Source of the DNA: Candidatus Krumholzibacteriales bacterium
GTDB taxonomy: Bacteria; Krumholzibacteriota; Krumholzibacteriia; Krumholzibacteriales; WJIX01
Reading direction: 5' to 3'
NCBI GenBank assembly: GCA_046483305.1
Contig: JAWODM010000060.1
Location: 1 to 40,066, forward strand
Length of the DNA: 40,066 bases
Shown here: in pieces, positions 37,516-40,066 of the stretch
Layout: each line of letters starts with the position of its first letter
Position numbering within the stretch: position 1 is the stretch's first letter
Notes under the pieces: generated by a model
Told to the model about the DNA's origin: nothing
The model's database searches: none
Seen by the model: the letters and a program-made list of their open reading frames with translations, nothing else
Translations under genes and position numbers: made by a program

Positions 37516-38489
37516 TACTGGCCGCCTCCTTTCAAACTTTTTTCAAGCTGCAGAAGAGGCAGTATCGATTTCTGCTTCTCGTCGACTATATATATATCCT
37601 TCAGCCGCGGCAGAATCTTGTTCATGGTCTCAAGATAGAGGCGCCGGCGGGTCGCGTCCGGAGACTTCCGGTATTCACCGTATACTTCATTGAACAGGGC
37701 GACATCGCCCCTGGCCCTGTTCACCCTGTTGAGAGCGTAACCTTCCGCTTCTGATATCATCTGCTCCGCCTCTCCCTTGGCCTTGGGGATTTCGTTGTTA
37801 TATTCCTCCCAGGCCTTGTTTATCATCTTGGATTTATCCTGCTTGGCGCTGTTGACCTCATTGAAAGCGGGCTTCACCGGTTCGGGAGGGTTCACATCCT
37901 TGAACTTTACGGTAACTATATGAATCCCCGCTTCGTAAGAGTCCAGAGTTTCCTGAAGGCCTTTCCTGACCTCCTTGGCTATCTCTACCCTCTCCCTGGT
38001 AAGCACGCCAGTTACCGTTCTGTCTCCGATTACTTTCCTGGTAATAGCTTCCGATATATCTCTAAGGGATTTTCTCACATCGCTGATTTTAAAAAGATAT
38101 TCATAAGGATCTTTTATTCTGAACTGAACAATCCATTCCACATCCGCGACATTGAGGTCGCCGGTAAGCATCAGCGATTCATCCTGATAACTCCTTGTAC
38201 TGTATTGTGTTCTCACTCCGGGTTGGACCGTCCTGAATCCGAACTCTTCCTTGAACACCTTCTTGATCTTTACATTCCTTACGGATTCTATTCCGAAGGG
38301 GATTTTCATGTGAAGGCCGGGGGGTACCTGCCTGACAAACTTTCCTAACCTCGTAATCATTCCAACTTCATCCGCATCCACCGAATAAAGGCCGGAGGCC
38401 AGTACTATTATGAATATTATTAAAAGGATGACCCCCCGGACACCTCCACCCGGCAGAGAATAGTTCTTGTCACCCACCTGAATCTTCAT
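37515..38489 (-). CDS. hflK: FtsH protease modulator HflK
   Basis: MLTGDLN, PPEPVKPAFNEV, IPKAKGEA, EAEGY, TRRRLYLETM. Confidence 0.95.
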   Translation of the reverse strand: MKIQVGDKNYSLPGGGVRGVILLIIFIIVLASGLYSVDADEVGMITRLGKFVRQVPPGLHMKIPFGIESVRNVKIKKVFKEEFGFRTVQPGVRTQYSTRSYQDESLMLTGDLNVADVEWIVQFRIKDPYEYLFKISDVRKSLRDISEAITRKVIGDRTVTGVLTRERVEIAKEVRKGLQETLDSYEAGIHIVTVKFKDVNPPEPVKPAFNEVNSAKQDKSKMINKAWEEYNNEIPKAKGEAEQMISEAEGYALNRVNRARGDVALFNEVYGEYRKSPDATRRRLYLETMNKILPRLKDIYIVDEKQKSILPLLQLEKSLKGGGQ

Positions 38490-38644
38490 ACTCCTCTCCC
38501 TCCTTGAAAATCTGCATTGGCCTTGATTAAACTAATTATTGCCTAATTATATGGAGTTTTCAACATCTTTCTGATTTATTTCAATTGGCTTAAGCCGGTT
38601 GCATTTAATTCCGGCCAGCGCCACGCAAAATCCACAGACAGAAT

Positions 38645-39616
38645 TTACTGATTCTTTCCCAGGTATTTATCCAGCTCCATTTCATCCCAGAAATCGCCCG
38701 CTTCCTCCACCCCGTTGTCGTATGCTTTCCTCACCCAGTAGGCACCTATCTTCATATCCCTGTATTTCCTGGAGACGCAGTACATTCTTCCGAGGTTGAA
38801 CTGGGCTCTCGGATTGTCCTGTTCCGCTGCCTTCTTGAACCATTCAATCGCTTTCTTCTGGTCAGGCCTTACTCCACTACCCTTATTATACATGATACCC
38901 AGGTGGTTCTGCGCCTTGGAGTGGCCCTGCCTGGCCGCCTTGAGGTACCAGCGAAAGGCTTTCTTCTTATCCTTTTTAGCACCATTGCCTGTAAAATAAT
39001 CCAGGGCCAGGCTGAACTGAGCCTTGGCAAGGCCCTGCCCGGCGGCCTTTCTGAACCATTCCGATGCCCTTTCCTCATTCTTATTCACGCCCTCGCCTTT
39101 TTCATACATCAGTCCCAGGTTATGCTGAGCATCGGGATGTCCCTGTTCAGCGGCTTTCCTGTACCATTGAACCGCTCTTTCCTTATCCTGTATTACCCCT
39201 TCCCCGAAAGATAGCATGAACCCAAGATGGTTCTGCGCCTCCGGGTCGCCGTTCTCCGCGGCAATTCGGTACCATTTAAAGGCTTCCTGCCTGTCCTGCG
39301 GTACCCCTTCGCCATGGAAATATTTCATTCCAAGACTGAACTGGGCTTTTACCAGTCCTCCTTCAGCCGCAGCCTTGAACCATTTTATGCCTTCTTTATA
39401 ATCCTTTTCCACACCTACTCCGTCAAAGTACATGACCCCAAGGGAATACATCGCTTCGGGGTTACCCTCGGTAGAGAGTTCCCTGTACATCATGAACGCT
39501 TCCTCGTATTCCCCTTCTTTATAATGTTTATTTGCCTGAGTAAGCCTGTCTGAATAAAGCGCTGAAGGCAGTATGAGCAGACAGATCGCAAATATTATGA
39601 CTCTCCGGTAATGCAT
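38645..39616 (-). CDS. Secreted Sel1-like repeat protein
   Basis: Signal peptide, then about seven 36-aa units of the form AQxxLGxxYxxGxGVxxDxxxAxxWxxKAAEQG. Confidence 0.93.
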   Translation of the reverse strand: MHYRRVIIFAICLLILPSALYSDRLTQANKHYKEGEYEEAFMMYRELSTEGNPEAMYSLGVMYFDGVGVEKDYKEGIKWFKAAAEGGLVKAQFSLGMKYFHGEGVPQDRQEAFKWYRIAAENGDPEAQNHLGFMLSFGEGVIQDKERAVQWYRKAAEQGHPDAQHNLGLMYEKGEGVNKNEERASEWFRKAAGQGLAKAQFSLALDYFTGNGAKKDKKKAFRWYLKAARQGHSKAQNHLGIMYNKGSGVRPDQKKAIEWFKKAAEQDNPRAQFNLGRMYCVSRKYRDMKIGAYWVRKAYDNGVEEAGDFWDEMELDKYLGKNQ

Positions 39617-39873
39617 AGCGTTCCTCCTTTCTCTTATTAGTTTAACGGTTACGAATGATTATTCAAGGATGAATATATCTTATTGCAGAAAGAATAGTTA
39701 GCTGATCGGGACAGAGATGCTGATTTGCCGGAGAGGCGAACGGGAAATTATCTGCGCGGGATTACATTCAATTATTCCCCGGATGCTGTATAATCGATTT
39801 CTGTCTCTTTGTCACCCAGAATATCCGGAAAGCGATCCGGAGTTAAGGGTTTTTCAGTTAATTATTTTGAATT

Positions 39874-40066
39874 TCAGGGAACGGAAGACACATCGTAACC
39901 CCCCTGCGGTAGATATTCAAGTTCTTTATTCATCAGATCACCGATGAAGACCGGAGGTATCATAGCTATCTCTTTGGATAACCCCGGCTGTTTCTCCCTG
40001 GCCAGCTGCCAGGGGGTTTTATACTCCTTGTAAGAGTTGGGCCTTTCGAGATTAAAGAAGAGCTGG
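39874..40066 (-). mobile_element. 3' end of a probable IS transposase gene (DDE / integrase-core type), truncated by the window edge
   Basis: Open frame from 40065 to the TGA at 39874 reads QLFFNLERPNSYKEYKTPWQLAREKQPGLSKEIAMIPPVFIGDLMNKELEYLPQGGYDVSSVP*. FNxxRPxSxxxxxTP resembles the IS3/IS481-type YNxxRPHxxLxxxTP motif. Confidence 0.65.

Noticed and set aside
38760..39480. Roughly 108-bp periodicity
   Set aside because: Explained by the 36-aa Sel1 coding repeats; not an array.
39717..39947. 76-aa plus-strand ORF
   Set aside because: No motifs, and it overlaps the more plausible minus-strand transposase-like tail.

Overview
A gene-dense, mostly minus-strand stretch of a diderm bacterial chromosome. 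The PorV/UPF0164-like barrel, the long GlmU-like protein and the glycyl radical enzyme suggest an anaerobic FCB-superphylum-type organism, but this is inference only. Housekeeping content: purN-purC-purH-guaA, comEC, mltD, two tandem glgC paralogues, two sigma54 enhancer-binding proteins plus a hybrid histidine kinase, a GGDEF cyclase, a PilZ protein, HU/IHF, an AcsE-like methyltransferase, an LPP20/LpoB lipoprotein cluster, hflKC, a Sel1-repeat protein, and divergent tRNA-Ala(GGC) and tRNA-Leu(CAA). The most notable items are: (1) a 327-bp non-coding element present twice (1-327 and 24712-25038, 2 mismatches), with 13-bp outer inverted repeats around a 150-bp core closed by perfect 23-bp inverted repeats and holding three hairpins; (2) a tight operon of an outer-membrane metallopeptidase/beta-propeller/beta-barrel fusion, double-domain ThyX, nitroreductase, a short activating enzyme and a HypD-type hydroxyproline dehydratase; (3) a transposase-like C-terminus at the right edge that the ORF track missed; (4) several degenerate catalytic or regulatory motifs; (5) two candidate sigma54 promoters. 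All calls come from reading motifs by eye; no searches were run.
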